Origin: Eledone cirrhosa
Taxonomy: Eukaryota
Assembly: GCA_964016885.1 (NCBI GenBank)
Contig: OZ024742.1
Span: 277,078,001-277,142,000 of the forward strand
DNA length: 64,000 nt
Direction of reading: 5' to 3'
The translations under genes were made by a program, and so were the position numbers. Below are positions 36,938 through 50,457 of the stretch, in pieces. Position 1 is the first letter of the stretch. Each line of letters starts with the position of its first letter. The notes beneath the pieces were generated by a model. That model had not been told where the DNA came from. It did no database searches and saw nothing but the letters and a program-made list of their open reading frames with translations.

Positions 36938-38432
36938 TCATCATCATCATCATCATCACCGTTTTATGTCCGTTCTTCCATCCTAGCATGGGTTAGACGG
37001 GTTGTCCTGTTGTGGGCAGTGTCTGGTCGGCTGACCATGCCCTGTTCATACAGGAACTGATTTTGGCTTGGTTTCTACAGCTGGATGCTCTTCCTAACAC
37101 CAACCTCATTTACAGTGAGTGCTGGGTGCTTTTTTCCATGGCGCCTACACGTCCACTTTACAGTGTGGGCTGGGTGCTTTTTTCCCGTGGCACCTCCATG
37201 ACCACTTTGCAGTGGGAGGGTGTGGGGGCATATTGTCTATATGCTTCAGCTTGTACCCATGGGAGGTCGGGTATTCTGTATTACTGCGTGACGCCAGAGG
37301 TCACGGTCGTGTGTCATCGCCTTTGAGAGGTGCAACTGGGTAAGGTTGGCCTCTATCACCTCATCCCAGGTCTTCTTGGGTCTCCCCACTCCGCGGCTTC
37401 CATTGACTTCTAGTGCTCTGCACCTTTTTATGCAGCTGTCATCCTTCATACGCATCACATGTCCATACCAACGCATCCACCTCTCCTGCACACAGCATTT
37501 GATTCCTCTGATGCTCAGTCTCTCTCTCAATTCATTTATGCTTTGCCGTTCGCGTATATTACTATTACACATCCTTCAGAGCATGCAGGCTTCGTTTCTT
37601 TCTAATCTACGTAAGTCTTCCACCTTCAGCGCCCAGGTCTCACTACCATGTAACATTGCTGTTCGGATACACGCATCATACAGTCTGCCTTTCATTTTGA
37701 GGGAGAAGCCTTTTGCAGCTAGCAGTGGCAGTAGTTCCCTGAACTTCTTCCATCCCGTTCTTACTCTAGTTCTACTTTCTGAACACCCACCTCCGCTGCT
37801 AATTCGGTCACCTAGGTATCAGAAGCTGTCTACTGTTTCTACAGAGCCCTCCCAGAGATTGGTGGTACTTGTTTCCTGTGGCTGTTTGCTGCTTGCTGTC
37901 TCAGCACAGCTGCTACATGTGAAGCCTACATTCTTAATTAAGCTTCCCGAGATTCCGCTACATCTCTTGTGTACACATTGTTTGCATTTGGGGTAGAGAA
38001 TGGAGTTCCTACCTACACCTTTCCTACATACTGAGCAAGGCCATTTCCCTGAGGGGATCTGGGTTCTGTTTTCTCGTCTACTTACAAGGACCTTAGTCTT
38101 TGTCATGTTGACTTTGAGACCCTTTCTTTCTAGTCCCTGCTTCCAAGTTTGGAATTTCTTCTCTAGTTCTACCATAGATTCAGCTATAAGTGCGAGGTCA
38201 TCTGCATACAGGAGTTCCCATGGGCATCCGGTCTTAAACTCCTCTGTTATTGCCTGCAGGACTATGATGAACAGGAGAGGGCTAAGAACAGAGCCCTAGT
38301 GGACACCAACCTGTACACTAAATTCCTCGCTATACTCATTGCTAATCCTAACTTTGCTGACTGCTCTCCTATACATGGCTTGTACAGCTTTCACAAGCCA
38401 TTCATCTACTCCTAGTTTTCTAAGAGCCCACT
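36938..38432 (-). mobile_element. 5'-truncated RTE LINE (RT 3' half to tail)
   Basis: QGSVLSPLLF region, CPWELLYADDL, Cys-rich insert, WYGHVMRM, (CAT)n tail. Confidence 0.9.
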
Positions 38433-39139
38433 AGATTGTCAGTATTAATTAAAAGGTCTGCAAACATATGCCCAATGGGGAATGGGGGGGGGGGAATGTA
38501 GTTGATTAAATCAAACTTAGTGCTTGACTGGTATATATTTTATTGTGATAAGGGTTAATCACTTACTCAAAGGCACATGGCTTAGTGGTTAGAAAGCTGG
38601 ATTCGCAATCGTGAAGTTGTGAGTTCAATTCTAGGACCGGGTGATGCGTTGAGTAAAACACTTTATTTCATGTTGCTCTTTCTACCAGGAGTTGCAACTG
38701 GAAGATAGTATCTGATTTTACAACGTCCACCCCACTCGGCAAGCGAATGAGGCGTTGGATCTTGTCGATCAATCAGAGCAAGCAACTTACCCAAAGGTAT
38801 GATCACATCATCATCATCATCATAATGAACACAGTAGCTCACTTGCATACCCACAATCTCTGGTCACACACGCACAGGCACATCAATCTTCTTTCACCTA
38901 TATGCTACACAATGGTGACCACGTCACAAAACAATCCACAAGCAACAATCAAGCCAGTCACCATAACATTGCCATATCTTCTCTTGCTACATCTAAATAA
39001 CCTCTACATATGTACTGTCTATTTTTCTGTTGTTTTTCCACTGTCTTCATCCTGTGCACCCTCCTATTTTGAATTCATATTCTAAAGACTTAGCCATGCA
39101 GGCTTTTTTTGAAACTATATACATATTGCAAGGCAGTGC

Positions 39140-40931
39140 GTTAGTGTAAATCGAGATGTTGGTGGAAAATTAGTTAGAAATGACACTGATGCACTTAGCA
39201 CTACTGATACCCCAAAGAAAAAGGCCTGCAAATGTTACTATTAGAGATTAATGAATGTAGAGAATGAATGGGAGGAAGAGAAACTATCCTCAACTTATCC
39301 AAAGGAAGGACCAGCTACTGAAGTTGACAGTTTTAGGGTCAAAGACACAATCAAGATGAAAAATAGTAAAGCTGTGGGATCATCAGAAATAGTGATTGAG
39401 ATGCTAAAAGAATCAGGAGAGGTAACAGTCAAAATAATAACTCGCATAGTCAATCAGGTAATACAGGACGGTGTCATATCCAATGACTGGGACAGCAGTA
39501 CAATCATAAATTGCTAGAAGGGCAAAAATGATACTCTAGAAAGGAGCAACTATAGAGGAATAAAACTGATGGACAAGTTATGAAAGTGATTGAAGGAGTT
39601 ATAGTGTAGTTAATTAGGGAAAGAGTCAAAATAGATGAGATGCAGTTTGGTTTCATTTCTGGGAAAAGTTCTAGAGATGTCCAATTTTTAGTAAGGCAAC
39701 TACAAAAAAAGTTTCTAGTAAAAAATAAGCCATTATATTTAGCTTTTGTTGATCTAGAGAAGGCCTTTGATGGAGTACCTTGATCTATTATCTGGTGGTC
39801 CTTAAGGAAATTAGGTGTAGAAGAATTGCTTGTGAGAGCAGTGCAAGACATGTATAGAGGCGATGTCAGTAAAGTAAGAGTAGGAAATTAGTTTAGTGAG
39901 GAATTCAAGGTACAGGTAGGAGTTCATCAAGGTTCAGTTCTTAGCCAACTGCTGTTCATCATAGTTCTTCAGGCCATAACAGAGGAGTTTAAAACAGGCT
40001 GCCCATGGGAACCTCTCTATGCAGATGATTTGGTCCTCATAGCTGAAACCAAAAAAAGAACTAGAAAATAAATTCCAATTATGGAAACTGAATTTGGAAT
40101 CAAAAGGTCTGAGAGTAAACTTAGCCAAAACTAAAATGCTAGTGAGTAGGATAGAGGATAGGACCCAGATTCCCTCAAGAAAGTGACCATGCTCAATATG
40201 TAGAAAAGAAGTAGGCATAAACTCCATACAATGTACACAATATAAATCTTGGGTACTCAAAAGAATGAGTAGACTAACTGGAAAGGAGAACTTTGAATGT
40301 AGATACACAGGAGAAATCGAGAGGAAGAGAGCAAATAATATAAATATTTTCCAGTCACAGGAAGGATCCATAGACGTGGTTGATAGCTTCTATCTAGGTG
40401 ACCTAATTAGCAGGGGAGGAGGGTGCACCAAGAGTATAATAACTAGAATAAGGATAGAATGGAAGAAGTTTAGAGAACTACTCCCACTGTTGACAAAAAA
40501 TTTCTCCCTACGTACAAAAAGAAGGCTGTATGATGTCTGTGTGTGGTGCATGATGATGCATGCTAGTGAAACATCGGCTGTGACTGCAGAGGACATATGT
40601 AGACTGAAGAGAAATGAAACAACTATGCTTTGTTGGATGTGCAATGTAAGTGTGAGAGAAAAGCAGAGCTTGGACGAGCTGAGGGAGAAGCTGGGTTTAA
40701 GAATTCGAGATGGTGTGCAGGAGAGAAGACTGCATTGGAATGGACATGTGATGTGCATGGACAATGACCGATGAGTGAAGAAATGCCAGGAAATCCCAGT
40801 GGAATGAAGCCAGAGTAAAGGTAGACCAAGAAAGACATGGATAGAGGTTATGAGAGTTGGGAAATGCTGTGCGGGAAAAGGCCTATTCCAACCCATGCAA
40901 GCGAGGAATAGTGGATGTAAAATGATGATGA
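39140..40931 (+). mobile_element. Older RTE LINE subfamily copy
   Basis: FVDLEKAFD, QGSVLS, YADD and LHWNGHVM with many disablements. Confidence 0.85.
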
Positions 40932-40952
40932 AGATATATAAACATATATACA

Positions 40953-41445
40953 TAATAATAATAATAATGAAATTATTGTGTAGAGTGCTCAGGTGCACTA
41001 CAACTCATCAAAGGTGAATGTAAAGTACATAGAATAATGTTCAAATGTCAGGAAAATGAACGGTGTATGAGTCATGAAATACATGTGTGCGTGTGTATCG
41101 AGGGGGGGATATCAGGTGTAGTGTTGGCGAATTTCAGGAAGAATGAGGTTTTAAAGGATGCAGTGTCTCGACAGATAACAACTGATGCAGGTAGTTTGTT
41201 CCATGTTTCAGCAACTCTGAGCATGAAAAAATGTTTCCGAAAGGCATGGGAGCTGTGCTGTTTTCTGACTTTGTAGGTATGCCCACGTGTGTTAAACACA
41301 TGGAAATCAAAAAGGTACTCAGGGTTGTTGTTGGCAAGATGGTTAATAATTTTGTGGCTGTTTACCAAGTCAGTTGCCAGATGTCGGAGCTTCAATATAT
41401 CCATGCCCAGGGAAGCAAGGCGTTCAGGGTATTTGCTTGGTTGCA
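40953..41445 (-). mobile_element. CR1-like LINE 3' end
   Basis: YPERLASLG...NTRGHTYKV...RKHFFMLRVAETWNKLPASVV...SFK; (TTA)n tail. Confidence 0.8.
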
Positions 41446-41714
41446 CATCTCTGAACAGTTTCCAGGAGAAGTATGTGAAAAATAAACAGAAACAACAAAG
41501 CAAACAACACAGTACAATGAAGAAACATATTAGTTTAATGATTTATATAGTAGGAAAAGAGTCTTTATGTTTTGGATACTAGTTCTTCATCAAAAGGTAG
41601 AATGAGGAATAAAAGATGAAATAGAAAGATATCGAGTGAGAAGAAGAAGGAAAAGGCAAACATTTTTTGGAGATAAAACATGTGTGTGTTCAGTCAGCCA
41701 TTAATATATATATA

Positions 41715-44632
41715 TGAGGAAGGCTCCAGAAACCTGGAATTCTGTGACGCAAATAACCTAACTATCTGTAACACTAACTTCAAAAAACGAGACAATCACT
41801 TGATCAACTACAGATCAGGGGAACATACCAGCTAGGTAGATTATATCCTTACCAGAAGACGTGACAGAGTGTCTGTTGTAAACACTAAATCCCTCCCCCA
41901 TGAAGAATGCACCTCCCAACATAGACTCATAATTAGCGACCTCATAGTCAGGACGAGACGTACTCGACAACAGAAGAGGACTATCCTCAGGAGAAAAATA
42001 TGGAAGCTAAAGGACCCCACAGCCAGTAATAAATTTAAAAGCATATTACTTGATGCTTTCGACAGTAAGGAAGAGCAATTAGAGTCGTACAATATAGAGG
42101 AACAGTGGGAATTCCTGAAAGCAAACCTGCTGATGGCGGCAGATGAAGTCTGTGGCTAGAGCAGGCCTATAGGCAGGAGGAGAGTAATGTGGTGGTGGAA
42201 CAGTAAGGTGGAGGAGTCAATTAAGGCCAAAAAGCAGGCTTGGAAAGTATGGTGGGATGGGGGAAGTAGAGAAGATTATCAAGTGGCCAGGAGGGAAGCT
42301 AGGAGGCAAGTGTACTTCGCAAGAAGGGAAGCAGAGGAAAGAAAGCTCAAGCATGTTCTACAACGTGAGGACCAAAAACGTGAGGTGTTCAGGATTGCTA
42401 GGCAATGTGTCAAGGAAAACCGTGATATTGTCAGGGAGAAGTGTGTCCTTAATGATGATGGTGTACTTGCCATCACTGACGCTGATAAGAAGGTAGCTTG
42501 GAAGTGTCACTACGAAAGGCTACTAAATGAGGAGAATAAATGGGAGAAAGACAGTCTCCCCCACATCGATCCAATAGAGGGACCAGCAGTGTTAGTCAAA
42601 GGTAGTATAATAAGTAAGGCAATCAGAGATATGAAGACGGGCCTTCGGAAATAGTTGCTGATATGCTGAAAGCTTCTGGAACGGTGGGACACACCATGGT
42701 CACCCGGATAGTAAACCAAGTCATACAGAATGGGGTTGTTCCGAAGGACAGGCGTAGCAGCATCATCATTAACTGCTACAAGGGTAAAGGAGATGCCCTA
42801 GATAGGGGTAACTATAGAGCATTAAATTAATCGACCAGGTCATGAACGTCACAGAAAAAGTAATAGCGCAACTAATCAGAGAGCGAATTGATCTAGATGA
42901 AATGCAGTTCGGGTTTGTGTCAGGTAAAAGTACCACAGACGCTCTTTTCATTGTACGACAACTACAGGAGAAGTACCTAGCTAAAAGTAACCCCTATACT
43001 TAGCTTTTGTCGACTTGGAGAAAGCCTTTGACAGAGTCCCTCGTTCCATTATCTGGTGGGCTCTTAGAAAACTAGGGGTTGATGAATGGCTTGTGAGAAA
43101 TATACAAGCCATGTATAAAGAAACAGTCAGCAAGTTTAGAATTAACAACGAATATAGTGAAGAGTTTAGCGTAAAAGTTGGTGTTCATCAGGGCTCCGTT
43201 CTTAGCCCCCTACTATTTATTATTGCCCTTCAGGCTATAACAGTGGAGTTCAAGACCGGCTGCCCATGGGAACTCCTATACGCAGATGATCTAACGCTCT
43301 AGCTGAATCAATGGCTGAACTAGAGAAGAAATTCCAAACATGGAAGCATGGCCTAGAATCAAAAGGCCTTAAAATTAACCTGTCTAAGACTAAAGTTCTA
43401 GTTTGTAGGAAGGAAAATAGGGCACCGGCCCCATCCGGGAAATGGCCATGCTCAGTGTGTAGGAAAGGAGTAGGTAGAAACTCCATTTTATGTCCCAAAT
43501 GCAAAGTATGGGTGCATAAAAGATGTAGTGGGATCACAGGTAAGCTAACTAAGAATATAGATTTTATATGTAGCCGGTGCTCTGGTGCAATAAGTAGCAG
43601 CAAGTGCCCACAGAATACTAGCTCATAACATTGCACAGATGGTTCTATAGAAATAGTGGACACCTTCCGTTACTTGGGTGACAAAATCAGCAGTGGTGGA
43701 GGGTGCTCTGAAAGTACAGTAGCGAGAGTCAGAACTGGATGGAAAAAGTTCAGAGAGCTTATACCACTATTAGCCGCTAAAGGGTTCTCTCTAAAAATGA
43801 AAGGCAGGCTGTATGATGCCTGCATACGAACAGCAATGTTACATGGCAGTGAGACCTGGGCATTGTGTACAGAGGATATACGCAGACTGGAGAGGAACGA
43901 AGCTTGCATGCTCCGCTGGATGTGTTATAGTAATATACGTGAATGGCAAAGCATAAACGAACTAAGGGAAAAATTAGAAATAAGAGGGATCAGATGTTGT
44001 TTACTCGAGAGAAGACTACGTTGGTATGGTCACGTGATGCGCATGAAAGACGACAGCTGTATAAAAAAGTGCAGGGCAATAAAAATAGATGGTAGCCACA
44101 GAGTAGGCAGACCCAGAAAAACCTGGGATGACTTGATAAATTACGACCTCATACACTTACACCTCTCCAAGACAATGTCACTGGACCGAGATCTTTGGCG
44201 CTACACAGTAAAACAGAAGACCCGCCTTACCTAAGTACAAAGTGAAACCTACTACAGTCAGTAGGCACCTCTAACAAGAATACACCCCCGTCCCACTACC
44301 CCCACCCCATCCACACCACCCCTTTCAATGTAAAGTTATGTTGGTACCACAACATCCAGTCCGAAACAAATGAGGTCGTGTAGGTGTCACGACAAAAAAA
44401 ACACACAGTCTACGCTGTAATGTGGCCGTGTAGGTAACACGGTAAAAACCTCCCAGTCCACACTGTAAACGTGGTTGGTGTTAGGAAGGGCATCCAGCCA
44501 TAGAAAACCCGCCAGACAGTCCTATGCGAGCAAGACAACCACTCTTGCCTCAAGTGGGAAAACTCCCGTCCAAACCCATGCAAGCGTGGAAGATGGACGT
44601 TAAACTATGATGATGATGATGATGATGATGAT
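41715..44632 (+). mobile_element. Longest RTE LINE copy: APE C-terminus, RT, PHD-like insert, C-terminus, 3'UTR
   Basis: ICNTNF / VDYIL / SQHRLII (APE end), WWWN, EKAFDRV, HQGSVLSPLLF, YADDL, FRYLG, RWYGHVMRM; several frameshifts and stops; (ATG)n tail. Confidence 0.93.
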
Positions 44633-45305
44633 ATCTAGGGATTGTAATGTTCAGTTACTGTAGGTTCACCAGAAAACAGCCATATATATATATGGTGAAC
44701 CTACAATAACTGGATGTTACAATTCCTAGATCTATAGCTCCTTACTTAGTCAAGTACCAGGAACACCATGGAAAAGTTCCATAACACTTTCTCTCTGAAT
44801 TTACTTATAACTACTTATAACTACTTTTAATGACTGTACTGTTCATTACTTAAGTCTCCATGAAATGCATGAATATCATGCAATCTCAGTCTACTCAGTG
44901 AGTTTATAAACCTAAGGCTTTTGTGCCTATAAGAAATCAATATTTGAACAAATGCCGAATATTTTCTGACAACAAAATCTAACACTTGTAGTTTATCTAG
45001 TAGTTGTGATTATGTCAATTATATTCAGCAAAGTGTTGATATTAGAGCGAATAGTCTTCAGAATGGTGGGGAGTTGGTGTCCAGGGAATATAATGAAGGT
45101 TCTATTATGTATCAATCATAAAAAAGGTGATAGTGTGGCAGTAAATGTAGAAGAGAACATCAGAATGTCTTCCAGTATTTAGTTAATTTTCTCTTTTACA
45201 TTCTAGTGTTTAAATCTTGCTGGGGAAGTGAAGTGGGGGGAGGGATGAGTCTGAGAATGAGGATGAGGTGGAGGAGTATAACTTTGTCTTTCATTTCTTC
45301 ATCTA

Positions 45306-46270
45306 TCTATATATATAAAACTGTGGTTGTCTGTCTATCGATTTTTGGCACACATCTCCTCTTAGAATCTCTCACGGAATTGCACCGAAATTGCTATACT
45401 TGTACATTGAGCCCTAGCGAAGACATCGGAAAAAAAATATTTCAAATTGATCCACCCTATGTGACGAAATCGAATATAATGTATCGATTTTTGAGCGTAA
45501 GTTATCAGTTATTTCCCTTTGTTCTGTTTACATTGAGCGTCTTACGTAAAAAATTACGCTGGCTTTCTCAGCGTTTAAAATGACATTAACACAATACACG
45601 AACAGTTGTCGAGCCAGCAAAATATTGACCTGCAAAATTCATCAGTTCGAACACTAAGCTTCCGTTTTGCTTCATTTCCATTTAAAAGCATTTTAAAACA
45701 ATATTTTTACTTGAAAACAAGTCTATTTAAAGACTACGTAAAACAAGCAAATATTTCGTCGTTAGGCGTGCAGACAGATAGTCGTGCAGAGAGGTGATAT
45801 ACGCGTGCAGACAGATAGTCGTGCAGAGAGGTGATATAGGCGTGCAGACAGATAGTCGTGCAGAGAGGTGATATAGGCGTGCAGACAGATAGTCGTGCAG
45901 AGAGGTGATATAGGCGTGCAGACAGACAGTCGTGCAGAGAGGTGATATAGGCGTGCAGACAGACATAACTGATAATTTGGTTACGCTAATGTTTTTCTCT
46001 GCGTTGCAGTGTTTACATTTTCGATCTTTGTTAATAAATAACCAGTGCAGTTTCTATCCCCAGCATCCTCTTTTGTTATAACATTCGGGTTATCGTTATG
46101 TTTTCTTAACTTCATAAGGCATATTGTTGGTTGAGGGAATATTAATCAAAAACACCACATGCAAGTCTGCACAGTAGACACTACAGTTTTTAAGCCAAGA
46201 AAGAAACTTAACATTGTAACTTTAACACAGCTACTGAGCGACCCGGAGCAACGCCGGGCTTTACTGCTAG
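45306..46270 (+). mobile_element. Non-autonomous Helitron with internal 37-bp minisatellite (45764-45965)
   Basis: 5' A|TCTATATATATAAAA; 3' hairpin cccgg-agcaacg-ccggg then CTAG|T; ~5.4 copies of aggcgtgcagacagatagtcgtgcagagaggtgatat. Confidence 0.8.
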
Positions 46271-46432
46271 TGGTTGATAAAATAGTTATTCAGCATGTAC
46301 ACATACCACCCCCTCCTTACCAAATGTGTGATCTGATACCATTGTGAGAAATCACTATGAATAATTAATATTTACATACTAAGAAAGGTAAGGAGATGCC
46401 AGTTTGGAAGAATGCAGGACAAAGTGCTTTAG

Positions 46433-46653
46433 CCATTTAGTATTTACACTACTCTATATATACTATGTATTTTTGTGGTAAAGGCTTTACCTTACATGAT
46501 TATCTCACATAATATTGAATCTACGAGATTTGTATGTTATTTATTTTGGAAAAAAATACCTTAATGTCAGTATGAGCAGCCTGTTACGGCTGGCTTGAAC
46601 AGAAAGAGGTGAGAAAATTCTGGCTGGATACAGTTGGTTTAAATGCTAAAAGG
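46433..46653. mobile_element. piggyBac-like TTAA MITE
   Basis: Homologous to 24503-24713. Confidence 0.7.
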
Positions 46654-46922
46654 TTAAGGTTTTTATATATTTGTTTCTGTTCTGAATTCAAATGTTAGAG
46701 GATATAATTTTGTTTTTGAATTCTTCAGTGTCTCTAAATACGTACCAGTAATATACTGTTTAATTTTGATAAACTATACCCAGGGATGGCTTAAGTTCTT
46801 TAGAGGCTCTAAACAAATAAAAGATTATGGTGCCCTCCATTTATAAAGTCTCAAAAAATAATTTGTTTTGGAATGGTGCCCTTCTTCCCTTGATGCCTTA
46901 ATCATGCACTTATTTTGCTTAA

Positions 46923-47129
46923 CCCTTTAGCATACACATTACTCTATATATACTATTATATTTTCATGGTAAAGGCTTTACCTCGCATAATATCGAATAT
47001 ATGAGATTCTGAAAGTATTTATTTTGAGAACAATACCTTAACATCAGTTTGAGCGACCAGTTACGGCCAGTTTCAACAGAAAGAGGTAGAGAATTCTGGC
47101 CGGTTTTGGCCGGTTTGAATATTAAAGGG
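46923..47129. mobile_element. piggyBac-like TTAA MITE
   Basis: TTAA CCCTTTAG...TAAAGGG TTTA; homologous to 24503-24713. Confidence 0.7.
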
Positions 47130-47289
47130 TTTACCTTCAACATCTGATGGATTGCCTCTGAACAGCATGTGATGAGTTTGGGCTGACAATGTAAAGACAG
47201 TGGCAATGTACAAACAAAAGACAGTGGCAATGTACCAGCATGCACCTAGAAACCTATATATTCCATCACCCATATCTGTCAAAGGGAAA

Positions 47290-47870
47290 TATTGAAGTTT
47301 TGTGGATAAGTCCCATCTACCTGGGTAGTACTCTCTACAGAACCAGTACCATCGAGGAAGAGGTAAGATACATGCTGTCTAAAGCTTTTGATACTTTTGG
47401 TAAGCTGGAGAAGTGCCTGCGGTCACTGTCAAATATCAATGTGTACACGAAAGTTGATGAGTATCAAGCATATGCATTTACAGCCTTGCTGTATGGATGT
47501 GAGACATAGATATCATACTTGAGCATATACAGCACCTCGAACGTTTCCACCAACAATGCCTGTGCACCATCCTCAAGATCTTGTACACCAGATACTAATG
47601 TGCTGCAGCTGGCTTGTCTGCCAAGCATCAGGACAATGATCATGAAACAGCGTCTCCAGTGTTCAGGTCACATAGTACACCTAGAGGACAGCAGACTTCC
47701 AAAACAAATATTGTATGGAGAACTGGTGCAAGGCATATAAGCGTTTTAAAGACTGCCTGAAAGATACCCTGAAGAAGGTCAACATCAACACCAAATCATA
47801 GGAAAATCTTTTAACAGACAGAGCCCAGTAGCGAAATTTGATTGCTACTGGTGTTAAGGAATTTGGAAAG
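47290..47870 (+). mobile_element. Decayed BovB-like RTE fragment
   Basis: YLGSTL...LLYGCET and SGHIVHLEDSRLPKQILYGEL. Confidence 0.75.
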
Positions 47871-48989
47871 AAGATGAGGGGCCTATGCAGAAGTGAAGGA
47901 TATGATAACCTCACTGGAGCTGGTGCCACGATAAAATGCACCAACTCGTTATTGGTATTGTAAAACGGCATTCAGTCGTAGAAAGCATGCTAAAAACCGG
48001 AACGTATTGAGCGAGGCGTGGTCTGTAGCATACTTGTCCAACCCATAACAACATGGAAAATGAACATAAAATAATGATGATGACACTTCAACCCCTTCCC
48101 TCGCTGCTATTGTGTTATCCCTCTTCCACTGATGACGTATCGACCATCCTACGTCTCACCTAACATGTTTTCTACAAAAACTAAACTGAAACAGTTAAGG
48201 GGAAACAACAATTTTCAGCTATCTAAGAGCTATTTATTTTCATAGAAGTGGATAACTTCACACACACACATATATATATATTTCTGCCTGGATTTGCGAC
48301 TGACAGATAGTATTAGCTATTGGAAAGACCAACGGAAAGGTTGTTTCCTCGGTCTGATTTGATGAGCTCCACCCCACTCGTTAAGCGAATGAGGTCTGGT
48401 ATCTTGTCGATCAACTGTTGATATATATATATATATATTTATAAATGAAAGTATAGAAATTATTGTGAGCACGAAGCCAACAGTATGTCATATATATATA
48501 TATATACACACAGGGTGTCCCCAAAAATGTATACACACTGCAACAGCCTTCTAATAAATATTGCCAATAATCAAATCTAATAAATATTACCAATAATCAA
48601 ATCTAACGAACACGAGATGCTAGAGAGCCTTCTATGAGCGTCAAGCAAGAAGTCGGTAGTACCCGCTCTGTGTCGTTGCATATATTGCTTTATATATTCA
48701 AATACATTTGTATCGTGTACTATATTTTTTAAATATTTCCTTTCCATTTATTTTAAACATATTTCTCGAGTTTTATTTATTCGACAAATTTCAATTCGGT
48801 TATATAATGTTTGCAATAACAAAAAGAAAAAGAAAGAGGGGAAAAAATTAAATAACGAAAGTAAAGAAAAGGTTTAGGGGAAGTGAAGGGAGAAAGGCAA
48901 TATTTAAATATAAGAAGAGAGGAAAAAAACTGTGGAAACTTAAGAAGGAATACCAAACAGTACTAAAAAAAAAAAAAACAAACAAATCC

Positions 48990-50457
48990 TAGTTTAAAAC
49001 AGTAAAGAAATGGTAAAGGAAGGGGTGAACAACTGAGCCAGCACCAGAGCAAAAGACAGCAGCGAGGGGGTACTGGGCGACCTCTCTAATGACTTTTGAG
49101 GCAAGCCAGCACATTCGCAGCGTTGCCTCGAGTGATGGCGAGGCTAATGCGCTGGAACAGCCAAGCGCCCTCGCGAGATTCGCCAGTTACCTCTATTAGG
49201 CGAGCCGCCAGTGAAGAGAGGAACCTCGCAATCAGCGGCCCGACTCCCCCCTAACATATCGAAAGCCACAGGCTGAAAAAGGTAGCTGGCCGATAGATCA
49301 GAGTATTTGAGGGTCTTACTCCGCTCGGCTGCGGAAGCTGTGGCTCTCGTCCTAACCGCAGCATCCAGGATATGAGAAAGAGCAAAAGAGTCACTAACAG
49401 TTACATCCCAGACAAGGCACCTGCCTCTCGACCAGGGGCACAGGGTAAAGCCGTCAGGTCTTTTGCTGTCACTTCTGGACAACCCAGATGGTTCCAAGAC
49501 TGAGAGGATGTTCGCCCGGGCCAAAGCTCTCTTGAGGATGAGGTTTAGCTCCGTGTGACGTGCGAAGCGGCCGGCATTCAGGCGGCAAGAAAGACCGTGG
49601 AGGCCTGTGGAGTCGAGGAGTTTGCCGCATCGGCACCTTAAACCCATGCAGACGCCAGCTCCCACTATGAGGGCGATGGAGACACAAAGTTCGTCCAGGC
49701 TGAGTAGGCCACCGACGTTGGCCACGGGTAGGGCATCAACCCAGTCGCCTGAGTATTTGGCGCTGGCAGATAGTAAGCGGCATCTTGCAAACTGATCTGA
49801 CTGGACGAAGAGAGAGTCGAAGGTGGCTTTCGAACTTATGCTGTCCCAAGTTCTCTGACTTCGACTGTCCTCCACCTTCTCAGGAAGAGACAAGCCCAAC
49901 TCACTCCATTGCTGGAGAGCTTCACCAAACTCCCTGTTGAAACTAGTCCATGTTGGAGAGGAGAGGATGCTGCTCACCGGAATAGAGCAAGCGTAGGTGG
50001 AGGAAAGGAAGCAGGGGAGTGAGAGAGGGACGAACACTTACGAACACCAAGACCCCAAAATCGCTTGGACAACGCAGCCTGATCGCGGGACTCTGGAGAG
50101 AGTCTAACATTGATCAGGCACTCGAGTCTCTTGAAGATTAGGTCGTCGAAACATTCGAGGCAGGACGGAAATCTATGAGAGGGGCTGACCCTGAGCAGAT
50201 ACAGAAGCTTAGGAATAGATAGGTAGTTCCTGAGTATGAAGAAACCTTGATGGGGTTCGATAACCTCAATATTCTTCAGTAGCTGTTCAAGGCCAACCAT
50301 CTTCGATTGGAAGATTGACTCGAAGGCAAGGTCTGTGATTGGGGCTCCTAAGGAGCACCAAGCCGACGGGCGAGGAACCGCGATGGAAGGGAAGGACTCT
50401 ACAAACAGGTCGATTAGCTGTTGGTGTTGAGAAGCCGGGTGGTTGAGAATCATAATC
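48990..50457 (-). mobile_element. 5'-truncated CRE-clade non-LTR retrotransposon (RT thumb, zinc knuckle, restriction-like endonuclease)
   Basis: GAPI...IPKLLYLLR...GLGVR; CRCG..D..GLHGLSC; RHTELN; EP.GL; KRPDG; LVWDVTV. GC-rich, with two frameshifts. Confidence 0.85.

Noticed and set aside
37346-37996. 216-aa plus-strand ORF (also 40390-40998)
   Set aside because: Antisense shadow of RTE coding sequence.
48125-48205. CTGATGA...GAAAC hammerhead candidate (also 10463-10505)
   Set aside because: No convincing stem II or stem III pairing; at most a decayed relic.
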